From the IMG/VR virus record IMGVR_UViG_3300028394_003336: a DNA stretch of 64,000 bases; one strand, 5' to 3'. The stretch is from a virus. The translations under genes were made by a program, and so were the position numbers. Below, one piece after another: positions 1 through 10,068 of the stretch. How positions within the stretch are numbered: position 1 is the stretch's first letter; each line of letters starts with the position of its first letter. The notes under the pieces were generated by a model. That model was not told the origin of the DNA. It searched no databases and saw only the letters and a program-made list of their open reading frames with translations.

Positions 1-333
1 TGATGTTCCGTCTGTTCCACTTGTTCCTGAAGTACCTGATGTGCCATCTGTACCGCTAGTTCCTGAAGTTCCATCTGTACCTGAAGTACCTGATGTGCCA
101 TCTGTTCCGCTAGTTCCTGAAGTTCCGTCTGTACCTGAAGTACCTGATGTGCCATCTGTTCCGCTAGTTCCTGAAGTTCCGTCTGTTCCACTTGTTCCTG
201 AAGTACCTGATGTGCCATCTGTACCTGAAGTACCTGATGTGCCATCTGTACCGCTAGTTCCTGAAGTTCCGTCTGTACCTGAAGTTCCATCTGTACCGCT
301 AGTTCCTGAAGTTCCTGATGAACCTGTATTTCC
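1..333 (-). repeat. 9-bp-period coding repeat, at least 37 Gly-X-Y triplets (mostly GTS/GTD)
   Basis: Reads GNT GSS GTS GTS GTD GTS GTD...; synonymous variation at third codon positions. Confidence 0.9.
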
Positions 334-1203
334 TGTTATTGTTACCGTAATATTTCCACCACCATCATCTATAACTGATGCTCCACTAAATGTAATTCCT
401 GAAACATTAGTAACTGGTGTTCCACCGTCTCCAACAGATAAAGCTGAGCCTGAACCTGAAGTTATACCTGTAATTGATACCGCAGTACCATCACTATTAT
501 TTAAAGTTAAAGTTGAAGAACCGCTATCATATGTTCCGCCAGTTACAGTTCCTGTAAATCCTGTTATAGATAACGTACCTCCTGTATTATTGAATAAATC
601 TAAAGTTGTTGTTGCAGAAAAATAAGTTCCTCCTGTAATTTGCCAGTCAGTGCCATAAAATATTTTCCATCTAGCATTTTGTGCTGTATAACCACTAACA
701 CCTTCAATTGTTGAGCCAGTCCAAGCATTAATGAATGCAGTTCCCGCAGGATATGGGTCACCATTCCCATCAAGATTATAAACCTCATATGCCGCACCTA
801 AATCAACAATAGAACCCTCTGCCTCAGCAGCATTCCATAAAGCGGTATATCCTGAAATTGTGTATTGATAAACAGTATCTGTCTCATGAACATATACCTG
901 CATACCTAATCTTCTACGACCAGAAGATATCGCATCATTATTAATAGTTAAGGTATTACTTATCGCATATGGTTCATTATAGGTGAAACTAATTGGAATT
1001 GAGTTTCCTGAATATAATACAGGACCTCCATATAATAATACGTCAGCAGGAATTACCCAATCTAAATTGGATAAATAATATACTTCCATGTAACCACCAA
1101 TTCCAAGTACACTAAAATTGGTACCTATATCAGCTGTTCTAAGGACAGAATCTGGCGCTTGTAATGTGGTTGATGAAATGGGGTTTTTATATTGAAACGG
1201 CAT
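1..1203 (-). CDS. Collagen-like (Gly-Thr-Ser/Asp repeat) putative fibre/virion protein, partial (runs off window start); absent from ORF track
   Basis: ATG at 1203 (MPFQYKNPISSTTLQAPDS...), open frame to position 1; ends in Gly-X-Y triplets; TATTTAT motif at 1223-1229 upstream. Confidence 0.85.
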   Translation of the reverse strand, partial: MPFQYKNPISSTTLQAPDSVLRTADIGTNFSVLGIGGYMEVYYLSNLDWVIPADVLLYGGPVLYSGNSIPISFTYNEPYAISNTLTINNDAISSGRRRLGMQVYVHETDTVYQYTISGYTALWNAAEAEGSIVDLGAAYEVYNLDGNGDPYPAGTAFINAWTGSTIEGVSGYTAQNARWKIFYGTDWQITGGTYFSATTTLDLFNNTGGTLSITGFTGTVTGGTYDSGSSTLTLNNSDGTAVSITGITSGSGSALSVGDGGTPVTNVSGITFSGASVIDDGGGNITVTITGNTGSSGTSGTSGTDGTSGTDGTSGTSGTDGTSGTSGTDGTSGTSGTSGTDGTSGTSGTDGTSGTSGTDGTSGTSGTDGTSGTSGTDGTSGTSGTDGTSGTSGTSGTDGTS

Positions 1204-1237
1204 AATTCGTGTTTTTTATTTTATAAATATCTTTATT

Positions 1238-3487
1238 TTAAGCTATTAATGTTCCTCCTTGGAAATACCAATTATTTCCTGAGTTGGTAATGTTTAATCC
1301 TGCACCTGGTTTAGTTGTATAAACTCTATACACCCCTGCAGGTATGTTTGTTGAACCTGTATAATTAACAATAAAATTGTAATAAGATGAATTCACCCCT
1401 GTGTCAGTTGCTGGTGGATTTGCATTTCCGTTTTTAATTGTTGAATACTTTTGTCCGTTTGTTGAACCTGTTGCAACCATCCAAGTATACCAAGCAACTT
1501 CCCCTGATGGAACTGTTGTATTTGAAACTACAATTGTTTGGAATTTGTATGCCGTAATTGCATTACCTTGTGCATCGTTTCCTCCACTTGTTGTTGATAT
1601 TGGTGCAGTTAGAATTGCAGGTTCAGATACACCCCACCCACTATAAGAAATATAAGCATTCATTTGAGCCGTGAATGTTACTTGTGATGCGGTGCTAGGT
1701 GAAGTAAGATTGAATCCTCTAAACGCACTTCCTTGAGCCGCCATATAGTTGTTCAATGCAGTTCTTATTGTAACATCGTTTCTATCAATGAACAAGTAAG
1801 CTTGTAATGCTGGTTGACTTGCTGTTGGTGAAGTTGTTTGTGTTGGCGTTGCACTTGCCGTTTGTGTTTGAGTTAACGTTGCAGTTACTGAAGGTGTAGG
1901 TGTCTCAGTTTGACTTGGAGTCATTGTTTGAGTCTGAGTTGGTGTCAATGTAGGTGTTGGAGTCATTGTCTGAGTCGGAGTCATTGTCTGAGACTGACTT
2001 GGTGTTTGAGTAGGTGTTGCGGTTTCAGTTGCCGTCAATGTTGTTGTAGTTGTAGGTGTTGGAGTTTGAGTTTCAGTTGGAGTTGTTGTAGGTGTCGGAC
2101 ATACAACAGAACCTGAAATCACACCATTAATAAGTTGCCATCCGCTGTTGCTAGGAAGAATTAAGTAACCAGATGGGAAAACATCTGAGAAACTTGTACC
2201 ACTAAAAATCCAATTATTATATGGAAGTGAAGAGAATGCATATGCCGTGTACGATGGAATTGATGAACAAGCGTCTGAAAGTGATGTTTCAGAAAATCTT
2301 GTATTATAACTAACTACACTCCAAGAACCAGGTGTTTGGGTTGGTGTTTGAGTAGGTGTTGGAGTTTCTGTTGCAGTTAATGTTGTTGTAGTTGTTTGGG
2401 TTGGTGTTTGAGTAGGCGTTGCGGTTTCTGTTGCTGTTAACGTTGTTGTTGTTGTTGGTGTTGCAGTTTGTGTTATTGTATTTGTTGGCGTTAATGTTGG
2501 AGTAACTGAAGGTGTCTGAGTTGGAGTTTCGGTTTGAGTCGGAGTTTGAGTTGGAGTTTGAGACGCAGTATTTGTTGGTGTTGTAGTTTCAGTTGTTGTT
2601 GGAGTTGGTGTTTGGGTTTCAGTATTTGTTGGAGTATTTGTTGGTGTTTCAGACGGTGTTATTGAAGGTGTTACTGTTGGTGTTGCAGTTGAAGTTGGAG
2701 TTACCGCTGGAGTTGCACCAGGACTTAATGTTGGAGTTGTAGTTGGAGTCTGTGTTGGAGTCTCACTTGGAGTTATTGTATTAGTAGGAGTTTGTGTTGG
2801 AGTCGCACTTTCACTTGGTGTTTGTGTTATGGTTTGTGTTGGAGTTAAAGTAGGTGTAACACTCGGAGTTTGTGTCGGAGTTTCAGTTGTTGTTGGAGTT
2901 TGCGTAGGTGTTTCAGACGCAGTATTTGTTGGCGTTAATGTTGCAGTATTAGTTGGAGTTTGTGTTGGAGTTTCAGTATTTGTTGGTGTTGGTGAACTTG
3001 TTGGTAATGGACTAGCTCCTGGACTTAATGTTGGCGTTGTAGTTGGTGTTTGAGTTGGTGTAACACTTGGAGTTTGTGTCACAGTTGGTGTATTTGTTGG
3101 TGTTTGAGTTGGTGTAACAGCAGGAGTTGATGAAGGTGTTGGTGTGTTTGTCGGAGTCTGAGTCTGAGTTGGTGTTTGGGTTGGAGTTTCAGTGTTTGTT
3201 GGTGTATTTGTTGGAGTAACACCTCCAGTAGTTGAGGTTGGTGTCGGAGTAGGTGTAGGTGTTGCACAACCTAAAGGAATTACCACACCATTGAACATGT
3301 CTGTTCTTGTATATCCTGAACCGAATAATGAAGTATCAACATAAATGCTGAATGGACCCAAAGCGTTTGAGTTGGATGCTAACCTTACTATGTATGTTGT
3401 ACATGTAGTTGCACTAACTTGTTGTGTTATTGAAGTATCATTACAACCAGGTGCGTTATTTACGACTAATATATTATAAAGGGCCAT
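1238..3487 (-). CDS. Thr/Pro-rich mucin-like protein, putative virion surface/fibre protein
   Basis: 749 aa; two long TPT/TQT/TET tracts separate three globular segments; upstream TATTTAT at 3504-3510. Confidence 0.75.
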   Translation of the reverse strand: MALYNILVVNNAPGCNDTSITQQVSATTCTTYIVRLASNSNALGPFSIYVDTSLFGSGYTRTDMFNGVVIPLGCATPTPTPTPTSTTGGVTPTNTPTNTETPTQTPTQTQTPTNTPTPSSTPAVTPTQTPTNTPTVTQTPSVTPTQTPTTTPTLSPGASPLPTSSPTPTNTETPTQTPTNTATLTPTNTASETPTQTPTTTETPTQTPSVTPTLTPTQTITQTPSESATPTQTPTNTITPSETPTQTPTTTPTLSPGATPAVTPTSTATPTVTPSITPSETPTNTPTNTETQTPTPTTTETTTPTNTASQTPTQTPTQTETPTQTPSVTPTLTPTNTITQTATPTTTTTLTATETATPTQTPTQTTTTTLTATETPTPTQTPTQTPGSWSVVSYNTRFSETSLSDACSSIPSYTAYAFSSLPYNNWIFSGTSFSDVFPSGYLILPSNSGWQLINGVISGSVVCPTPTTTPTETQTPTPTTTTTLTATETATPTQTPSQSQTMTPTQTMTPTPTLTPTQTQTMTPSQTETPTPSVTATLTQTQTASATPTQTTSPTASQPALQAYLFIDRNDVTIRTALNNYMAAQGSAFRGFNLTSPSTASQVTFTAQMNAYISYSGWGVSEPAILTAPISTTSGGNDAQGNAITAYKFQTIVVSNTTVPSGEVAWYTWMVATGSTNGQKYSTIKNGNANPPATDTGVNSSYYNFIVNYTGSTNIPAGVYRVYTTKPGAGLNITNSGNNWYFQGGTLIA

Positions 3488-3559
3488 CCGCTGATTTTAT
3501 TTAATAAATACCTCGTTGATATTATTTGATGAACTTTATTCTAAATTATTTATTTTTAA

Positions 3560-3979
3560 TTAGCAACTTGGGTACGATATTTTGAAAGGTTCAATAAAGC
3601 AACTTGGGTCATCAAGTTTTATTGAATTAATAAAACAACTTGGGTCAGCTAAAGTAACCCCAAAAACACAAGAAGAATTTTGAATATTAATGTCAACAAC
3701 ACAACTTTCCATCTCAATTGTAATTTGAAATGTACATCCAAAAGTACATTGAAGAATTTTAAAAACTTGACACCCGTTCGCATCGACCAACAAAAGCATT
3801 ATTTCAGGTGCAGTTTCAAAAATTGAAGGGATTGCCGTATTATAATAAACTGTTGGAGGAACTGTTGTTCCTGTTGCAATTGTGCCTAATAACGATTGAT
3901 TATTTCCATAAACATCTGCTATGTAAACATTAATCGGATATGTACCTCCTGATATGTTTGTAATTCTTACCTGCGTCAT
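3560..3979 (-). CDS. Small beta-rich protein with SprB-like N-terminus and C-terminal Cys-periodic repeats
   Basis: Preferred start MTQVRIT at 3979 (ATGA overlap with upstream stop); GGTYP and DANGC motifs; SC every 11-12 aa at the C-terminus. Confidence 0.6.
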   Translation of the reverse strand: MTQVRITNISGGTYPINVYIADVYGNNQSLLGTIATGTTVPPTVYYNTAIPSIFETAPEIMLLLVDANGCQVFKILQCTFGCTFQITIEMESCVVDINIQNSSCVFGVTLADPSCFINSIKLDDPSCFIEPFKISYPSC

Positions 3980-6114
3980 GTTAAACACATTATGTCATAT
4001 ACAATAACAATATCAACTACAATTGTTTGACCAACAACGGCACCATTACCAGGGATTGTTGCAACTGTTATTTGATTTGTTAACTGATTTATGGTAACTG
4101 AACCAATACCAGGAATACTTAACAATAAATTTCTAACCGTGTCATAATATAAATTATCACTTGGTGCGTCATTTAATGATGTTGTGGTATAAAAAGGCGT
4201 AGTTGCACTGTATCCTGCAGGATTCATAGATACTGTCGCAGAATATGTCGCATTTACTAAAGTACAATTTGTATTTCCTGTAGTTAAATCCGCATATCCT
4301 TCATTTAACATTTGTAATAAACCAAATTTTACAGGAGAATTAACATTAAACATTTCTGAACCCATAACATAAGTCTGATAAGAAACATAATTTGTTGTAC
4401 ATTCAATTGTTGTGCTCCTATTTTGACTACATCCGTCATAATCTGTAATAATAACACTGTAAGTACCTGCAGTTAATCCTGTAACTTGAATTTGTTGTGG
4501 GTTATTTGGAACATTGTTTGACCAATTATACGTAAACGGTGGATTTCCTGTTGAGATAAAGGCAGTTATTGTTCCGTTACTTCCACTACCACACGATGTA
4601 CTATATAATGAGAAGTCTAAAGGTTGACTTGTTGGAACATAAACGTTTGAAGTTTGAACACATCCTGATGCATCAGTCACTGTAACAATGTGAGGACCAG
4701 GATTTATGTTTGTAAAAGTTACTGCCGTTAATGTTGTATCAATAATTTTATAAACATCATCTACAGAGTAATCAATTGGTAATGTTGCCCCTGTTGTAGT
4801 TGATATTAAAATTTGTCCGTTACTTTGACCACAAGTAGTTGATGTTACTGAGGTAGAAATTGTGAATTTATTTTCCGCAATTATTATAACATCTTGGCTG
4901 TAAGTACAAGCTGAAAAATCACTAACAATTACCGTATAATCACCTGATGATAAATTTGAAAAAATCTGATTGGTTTGTTCCGTTATTAAAGTGTCTTGTG
5001 TCGCGTCAGGATAAACTAACGTATATGTGTATGGTGCAGTACCTCCCACTAAACTAATTGTTATTAAACCATTATTACTTGAACAACTTGAACTTTCTCC
5101 AACAACACTAATTTGTGAGATTCCCTGAGGTGTTTGTAAGGTTGCAGTTGCTAAGGCAGAACATAAACCTGAATCAGTGACCAAGACTTGATAACTACCT
5201 GAAGATAAACCATCTAAAGAAAAACTTGTTGAATAAGATACCAAAACATCTCCCGTTGAGGCTGAATAATAAAATGGTGCCGTTCCTCCTGTAACCGTTA
5301 CTGTCAAAGAGCCATTACTTGAAAAACAAGTTGGTGATACTCCAGATACAGAACCAATACCTATTGGTGCCACAACCTGTACCAACCCTGTTTGAGATTG
5401 TACGCAACCATATGAATCAGTAACCGTAACCGAATAACTTCCTTGGGTTAATCCTGTGATAAAACTTGTAGTCGCACTATTACTCCAAAGATAGGTGTAC
5501 GGTCCATTACCTGTTTGACCTGTCACATAAATTTTACCATTAGGTATGTTTGCACAAGTTGAATTAGGGACAACATATAAACCAAACTCAAGTTGAGTTG
5601 ATTCACTGATAATGAAGTTTTGGCTTTTTCCTGTACATCCACCTAAATCTAAAACGGTTGCATAGTAGGTACCAGCGGTTAAGCTAGCTATCGTTGTTGT
5701 AGATTGGTTTGTTGTAACTGCAGATGTTATATAGGTACCGTTACCTGAATATACATAAAAATTTGTTGATGAATAAAAACTTGAGGACCCCAAAACTACC
5801 GAACCGTTATTTAATCCACAAGTAGTATTTTGTACAGATACAATATTAGCACAAACCCCACTTGAAACTGGTACATTTATATAAAACTGATTGTTTGTCG
5901 GTAGTGTACTATCGTTTAATCTAACGGCATACGTTCCGAACTGTAACCCCGACCTAACTGAGGCGGCACCATTAACGGTATCAACAGATAAAGAAGGGCT
6001 AGTCCATTCTACGGTATATGGTGGCGTACCACCGTAAGGTAGTATACTAACAATACCCGAACTATTTTGGGAACAATCACCCGTTACATTTACCGTATAA
6101 TTAAATGATGCCAT
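3976..6114 (-). CDS. SprB-repeat protein, putative adhesin/fibre
   Basis: About 6-7 copies of GGTxPYxYxW...L..G.Y.V.VTDxxGC, typical of Bacteroidota SprB repeats. Confidence 0.8.
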   Translation of the reverse strand: MASFNYTVNVTGDCSQNSSGIVSILPYGGTPPYTVEWTSPSLSVDTVNGAASVRSGLQFGTYAVRLNDSTLPTNNQFYINVPVSSGVCANIVSVQNTTCGLNNGSVVLGSSSFYSSTNFYVYSGNGTYITSAVTTNQSTTTIASLTAGTYYATVLDLGGCTGKSQNFIISESTQLEFGLYVVPNSTCANIPNGKIYVTGQTGNGPYTYLWSNSATTSFITGLTQGSYSVTVTDSYGCVQSQTGLVQVVAPIGIGSVSGVSPTCFSSNGSLTVTVTGGTAPFYYSASTGDVLVSYSTSFSLDGLSSGSYQVLVTDSGLCSALATATLQTPQGISQISVVGESSSCSSNNGLITISLVGGTAPYTYTLVYPDATQDTLITEQTNQIFSNLSSGDYTVIVSDFSACTYSQDVIIIAENKFTISTSVTSTTCGQSNGQILISTTTGATLPIDYSVDDVYKIIDTTLTAVTFTNINPGPHIVTVTDASGCVQTSNVYVPTSQPLDFSLYSTSCGSGSNGTITAFISTGNPPFTYNWSNNVPNNPQQIQVTGLTAGTYSVIITDYDGCSQNRSTTIECTTNYVSYQTYVMGSEMFNVNSPVKFGLLQMLNEGYADLTTGNTNCTLVNATYSATVSMNPAGYSATTPFYTTTSLNDAPSDNLYYDTVRNLLLSIPGIGSVTINQLTNQITVATIPGNGAVVGQTIVVDIVIVYDIMCLT

Positions 6115-9100
6115 TAGTTACAATTAATACTTATATTTATTCCAACATTTAGTGAAACTGTCTCTTCCAAGTCTCTTGGTGTACAAGTTAAACTTGTTAT
6201 AGTTAAATTATTTCCATTTAAGAAATAAGTGTATCCATAATCATAAAGATTAGGTAGATATTGAATTAACGCGTTTCTCCACATTTTATTTGTTGGTACG
6301 TCATTATATCCATAACCATTGTAGAAGTTTTCAAATATAATAGTATCTGTACCTATTTTTAAATTGACAAACCATTGTGTTTGAGTTGAGTTTTGTATAC
6401 AATCATTTAGTGTCAAATTATTTGTAGCTAAAAAACTATTAACTCTGTTTGCCAAAATACTACTGAAATTGCTAACATTAACATCACCATTCAACCAAGG
6501 ATAAATGTAATAGTCAACGTATTCAGCAGCACATGTAAAATCAAATATATTTGAAATGATGAAACAAGGTTCAACAAGGACGGGTATAAATTCACAACCT
6601 CTTTGTCTTCTATAAACAAATTTTTGTTTTTGGAAGATTGAGTTTTCCATTCTAACTCCTGTATTCCATATTGTAGTTGCTGGAATCATTTGTTCAATCA
6701 ACTTCATCCAATAAGGACCAATACCATTCACATAGTCAATTAACTTTTGATATGTGTATTTGTTGTTTGGAACATTAATTGTTTGTTCTTGCTCAATATA
6801 CTTCCACCAAATAGATTGGAGTGTTGGATATCCTCCTGTCTTACCATCTGAGATATATTGTCTGTTTCTAACATTAATCATATTCTCCCAAAATGTTTGG
6901 TAGAATTCAAAGAACGTTTTTTGTTTTGGTTTAGGGTCAACATAAGTCCAATCCACACCACCTGGGACGGGATATCCGACAGTTAAACCTGATTCGGGTA
7001 TAGGATAGTCATTTCTTACAGATTGAACCCATACATCGTATGCCATACCTTGTGACGGATTCAAGAATAAATCAACATTCTTAACATTTAATACTAATTT
7101 CTCATCATCCACAAAATAATAAGCATCATAGTCACCATCAACCGCAACTCTAATTTTATTATCCTCCTCTAACCATGACTTTTTGTTATCAATTACTTTT
7201 TGTAATTTAAATCCTTCGGTCATGTAAGGGAAACTTCTAAATCTATTAAGATAAGGTTGTCCGTAAGTGAATTGTTTTAATTGTGTTTGTATTGAGTAGT
7301 TTTGTCCTGTATATACATCTCCTGTTAATACAACTTGGTCAGGACTTCTATGTTGTGGCGTTTGTTCATACCAACCCGCTCCAAGTTGGAAGAAATAAGT
7401 TTCCGTATTAATTGGTGCCTTTGGAAATCCTAAGGCGTCAACTGGATAATCCACAAGTCTAATTGATACATCTGAGTAAGTATCAGTTGATGTGAATGCG
7501 GTGTATGTTACCCCTTTAATTTTGTAAGTAACTCCAGCATCATAACTTGGTGATGTCTGAACATATGTTCCTCCTGATATCTGAGCCCACTGATTATAAA
7601 AAGAGTCCATATTTATCTTTTGGTCAGCAAGATAAATGTGTTCGTTATACTCAACCAATGATTCAGGAGCTCCAATCAATCTTAATAAAAATTCAACTGA
7701 CCTTCTTGTACCTTTTGATTTGAAAAGGTAAGATGCGTTCATAATTAAATTTCTATAGTAAGCATAGTTTAACTCTGTTGGCGTTTGAGCTCTGGTATAA
7801 CCAGGATATGTTGGCGTTTGTGTGTTTCCAAATACTGAACTTAAAAAGTCCTCATTGGTAATTGGTGAGAAATTTGAAGACCATCCTAATGTTTGTGCCA
7901 AATTAACTAATAATTGAGAAGGAATATCATTCTCAGGATTATAGTTAACCGAATTCATGTAAGCCAATGAATCAATGAATTGTTTTATTTGGTCAAAACT
8001 TCTACCATAGATTTGTAAAATCTTTTCAACTTTTTGATTTAATGTATCAAATTCTCTGAACGAATCTGTAATTAAAAATCTTGAAATTAAATTTGTTTTG
8101 AACGAATCCAAATTAACCGCAATCTCTTCCAATTCAGACAGGTAACTATCAAATAAGAATGACCTAATATCTAAATTCCACGGTCCGTCTTTTGGCCATG
8201 TAACTTGTTGATAATTTGTATAAAACTCTCCATTGTCAGCTTGAGCTGGAACTTGGAATACAGCAGTATATTCAGGTCTGATTAATCTATTTAAAATGAA
8301 CTTTTCAACTTCATCAAAGTCTTCCGCAAAAACTTTATCTGCGATATAGTCATTAGGTCTTATTTGGAAGTTTTCATAAATTGTTGTTGCAGACGTACCA
8401 AAAGGAGCACCTGAAACATAAAATTCCATGTAACCTGAACTTAAAGTTTCTGAAGGTAAAAATGAAACAACTTTGAATATGTCGTAAGGATTTTCAGTAT
8501 TCCCTGTATTAGTAATCGCGATACAATAATCTAAATAAGTGTTATATAAGTTTCTGTATCTTGATACTTCCAGTTCACGAACATTTAAATTAGTTGAGGC
8601 ACTTACAGAATAATCAATATCAAAAGGATTATTAATTCTATCAACATAAACTTTAAAATAAGTTTCATCCATAACAGAGTAATAACTAATGTCCACAGCG
8701 GTTGCCCCTGTTTCAAAAGTTAAGTTTGAAAATTGAACATCCAAAGAAGCTGGGAAATAGTTAATGATTTTAGTAATTGAAACTTGGAATCTCTTAGATA
8801 ATGAACCATACATTGAGAAGTTCAAAACTTGTGAAACATCATAGTTTGGATAAACTCTAAACTGTGTTGCAAGTATACTTCTACTTTCAACTAAATCATC
8901 AATATTTAAATCAGTTAAACTAATGGGTTCTGAGAAAGCACCAACATTAAATGTTCTATTAACCTTTTCAACGACTGAAGTAGTAAATTCAAAGTTACCT
9001 TGCGTAAGGCCTCCTCCCTCAACAGTTTGTAATCCTACAATGTTGTCTGAGAAGGTTCCCGCACCACTTCCTGGTCTTGGCGGATAAAAATATTTTGTTG

Positions 9101-9119
9101 TCCTTATCGTTGTCGCCAT
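6114..9119 (-). CDS. Baseplate wedge protein (P2 gpI / T4 gp7-like region)
   Basis: LAQTLGW...LFKSKGTRRSVEFLLRLIG motif; baseplate cluster; TAATG coupling. Confidence 0.6.
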   Translation of the reverse strand: MATTIRTTKYFYPPRPGSGAGTFSDNIVGLQTVEGGGLTQGNFEFTTSVVEKVNRTFNVGAFSEPISLTDLNIDDLVESRSILATQFRVYPNYDVSQVLNFSMYGSLSKRFQVSITKIINYFPASLDVQFSNLTFETGATAVDISYYSVMDETYFKVYVDRINNPFDIDYSVSASTNLNVRELEVSRYRNLYNTYLDYCIAITNTGNTENPYDIFKVVSFLPSETLSSGYMEFYVSGAPFGTSATTIYENFQIRPNDYIADKVFAEDFDEVEKFILNRLIRPEYTAVFQVPAQADNGEFYTNYQQVTWPKDGPWNLDIRSFLFDSYLSELEEIAVNLDSFKTNLISRFLITDSFREFDTLNQKVEKILQIYGRSFDQIKQFIDSLAYMNSVNYNPENDIPSQLLVNLAQTLGWSSNFSPITNEDFLSSVFGNTQTPTYPGYTRAQTPTELNYAYYRNLIMNASYLFKSKGTRRSVEFLLRLIGAPESLVEYNEHIYLADQKINMDSFYNQWAQISGGTYVQTSPSYDAGVTYKIKGVTYTAFTSTDTYSDVSIRLVDYPVDALGFPKAPINTETYFFQLGAGWYEQTPQHRSPDQVVLTGDVYTGQNYSIQTQLKQFTYGQPYLNRFRSFPYMTEGFKLQKVIDNKKSWLEEDNKIRVAVDGDYDAYYFVDDEKLVLNVKNVDLFLNPSQGMAYDVWVQSVRNDYPIPESGLTVGYPVPGGVDWTYVDPKPKQKTFFEFYQTFWENMINVRNRQYISDGKTGGYPTLQSIWWKYIEQEQTINVPNNKYTYQKLIDYVNGIGPYWMKLIEQMIPATTIWNTGVRMENSIFQKQKFVYRRQRGCEFIPVLVEPCFIISNIFDFTCAAEYVDYYIYPWLNGDVNVSNFSSILANRVNSFLATNNLTLNDCIQNSTQTQWFVNLKIGTDTIIFENFYNGYGYNDVPTNKMWRNALIQYLPNLYDYGYTYFLNGNNLTITSLTCTPRDLEETVSLNVGINISINCN

Positions 9120-10027
9120 TAGCTAGTTATTGATGTGAAATTTTTACTGAAATCAATATTATTACCTCTACCTTGTCTAACCTCGTAAAGTAATGCATTA
9201 AATTGGTCTCTAATTTCGTATAAGTTGTATTGTTTGTATATGTTATTTTGACTATCGTAAATTGTGTAAATACCGTCATCAATAGACTTAGTCTGATTAC
9301 CGTAAAGAGCAATTGCAAGAGATGAAATGTCATACTCAACCATTTCAATTTCAATAGTAACTGGATTAAAGAAAGTATTTGTAATTATAATATCTTGGTC
9401 AGGTTGTCCTATAAAAGGTGTTGCGTTTGGTTTGTTTGTTGGTGATGATGATGGTGATAAAGTTAAAAACAATAAGTTTGAATTTCCATCAACGTATCTA
9501 TATCTTATCGCCTTTTGAGAAGTATTAACTTCATTAGTAACAACTGGCTCACAAAAGAAACATGAAGTAACAACTCTAAAGAAATTAGGTATTTTAGAAC
9601 CATCAGGATTTAAATATTCTATTCTAAATCCAACTAAACCTTGAGAGACAAACTTATTAATATATTGTGTAGGTACATTAGCAAGATTTATTACGATTCC
9701 TTTTACATTTGGTAAAGCGCTTAAAACACCACAATCAGTTATAGTTGTTCTAATTTGAACAGGTCTCATATAAAGAGTGTATATTCCTAAGGCATTAAAC
9801 TGACTTGCAGGTAAGGTTAAGTTATATAATCCACCCAAAACTTCAACTCCCGCATTACCCCCTGTTTCGCTATTATTGAAATAAGGTCTTAATATTGTTT
9901 GGGCGTCTAATTTAGTTAAGACAAAAGAATCGGTAACGTCTCTTGTTGCCGTATAATTCATGATTATTTCAACATCTTGTGGTGAAACATCTGATGGTCT
10001 TATTGTACCGTATGAACCTATTGCCAT
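9119..10027 (-). CDS. Putative baseplate/virion structural protein
   Basis: 302-aa beta-rich ORF in structural cluster; upstream TATTTAT at 10044-10050. Confidence 0.5.
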   Translation of the reverse strand: MAIGSYGTIRPSDVSPQDVEIIMNYTATRDVTDSFVLTKLDAQTILRPYFNNSETGGNAGVEVLGGLYNLTLPASQFNALGIYTLYMRPVQIRTTITDCGVLSALPNVKGIVINLANVPTQYINKFVSQGLVGFRIEYLNPDGSKIPNFFRVVTSCFFCEPVVTNEVNTSQKAIRYRYVDGNSNLLFLTLSPSSSPTNKPNATPFIGQPDQDIIITNTFFNPVTIEIEMVEYDISSLAIALYGNQTKSIDDGIYTIYDSQNNIYKQYNLYEIRDQFNALLYEVRQGRGNNIDFSKNFTSITS

Positions 10028-10068
10028 TTGTTTTTATTTTTTTATAAATAGTTTAGTTATTTTTTTCA

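Noticed and set aside
41-625. Plus-strand PSVPLVPEV-repeat ORF in the track
   Set aside because: Antisense shadow of the minus-strand Gly-X-Y gene, which has an ATG, an upstream motif and the same orientation as its neighbours
1-3260. Repeats as CRISPR array or DGR template/variable repeats
   Set aside because: Codon-periodic coding repeats without unique spacers; no cas or reverse transcriptase gene and no adenine-specific repeat pair seen
1401-3267. Short ORFs overlapping the Thr/Pro-rich gene, and similar nested ORFs throughout the track
   Set aside because: Off-frame or antisense by-products of long genes; no motifs or expression signals
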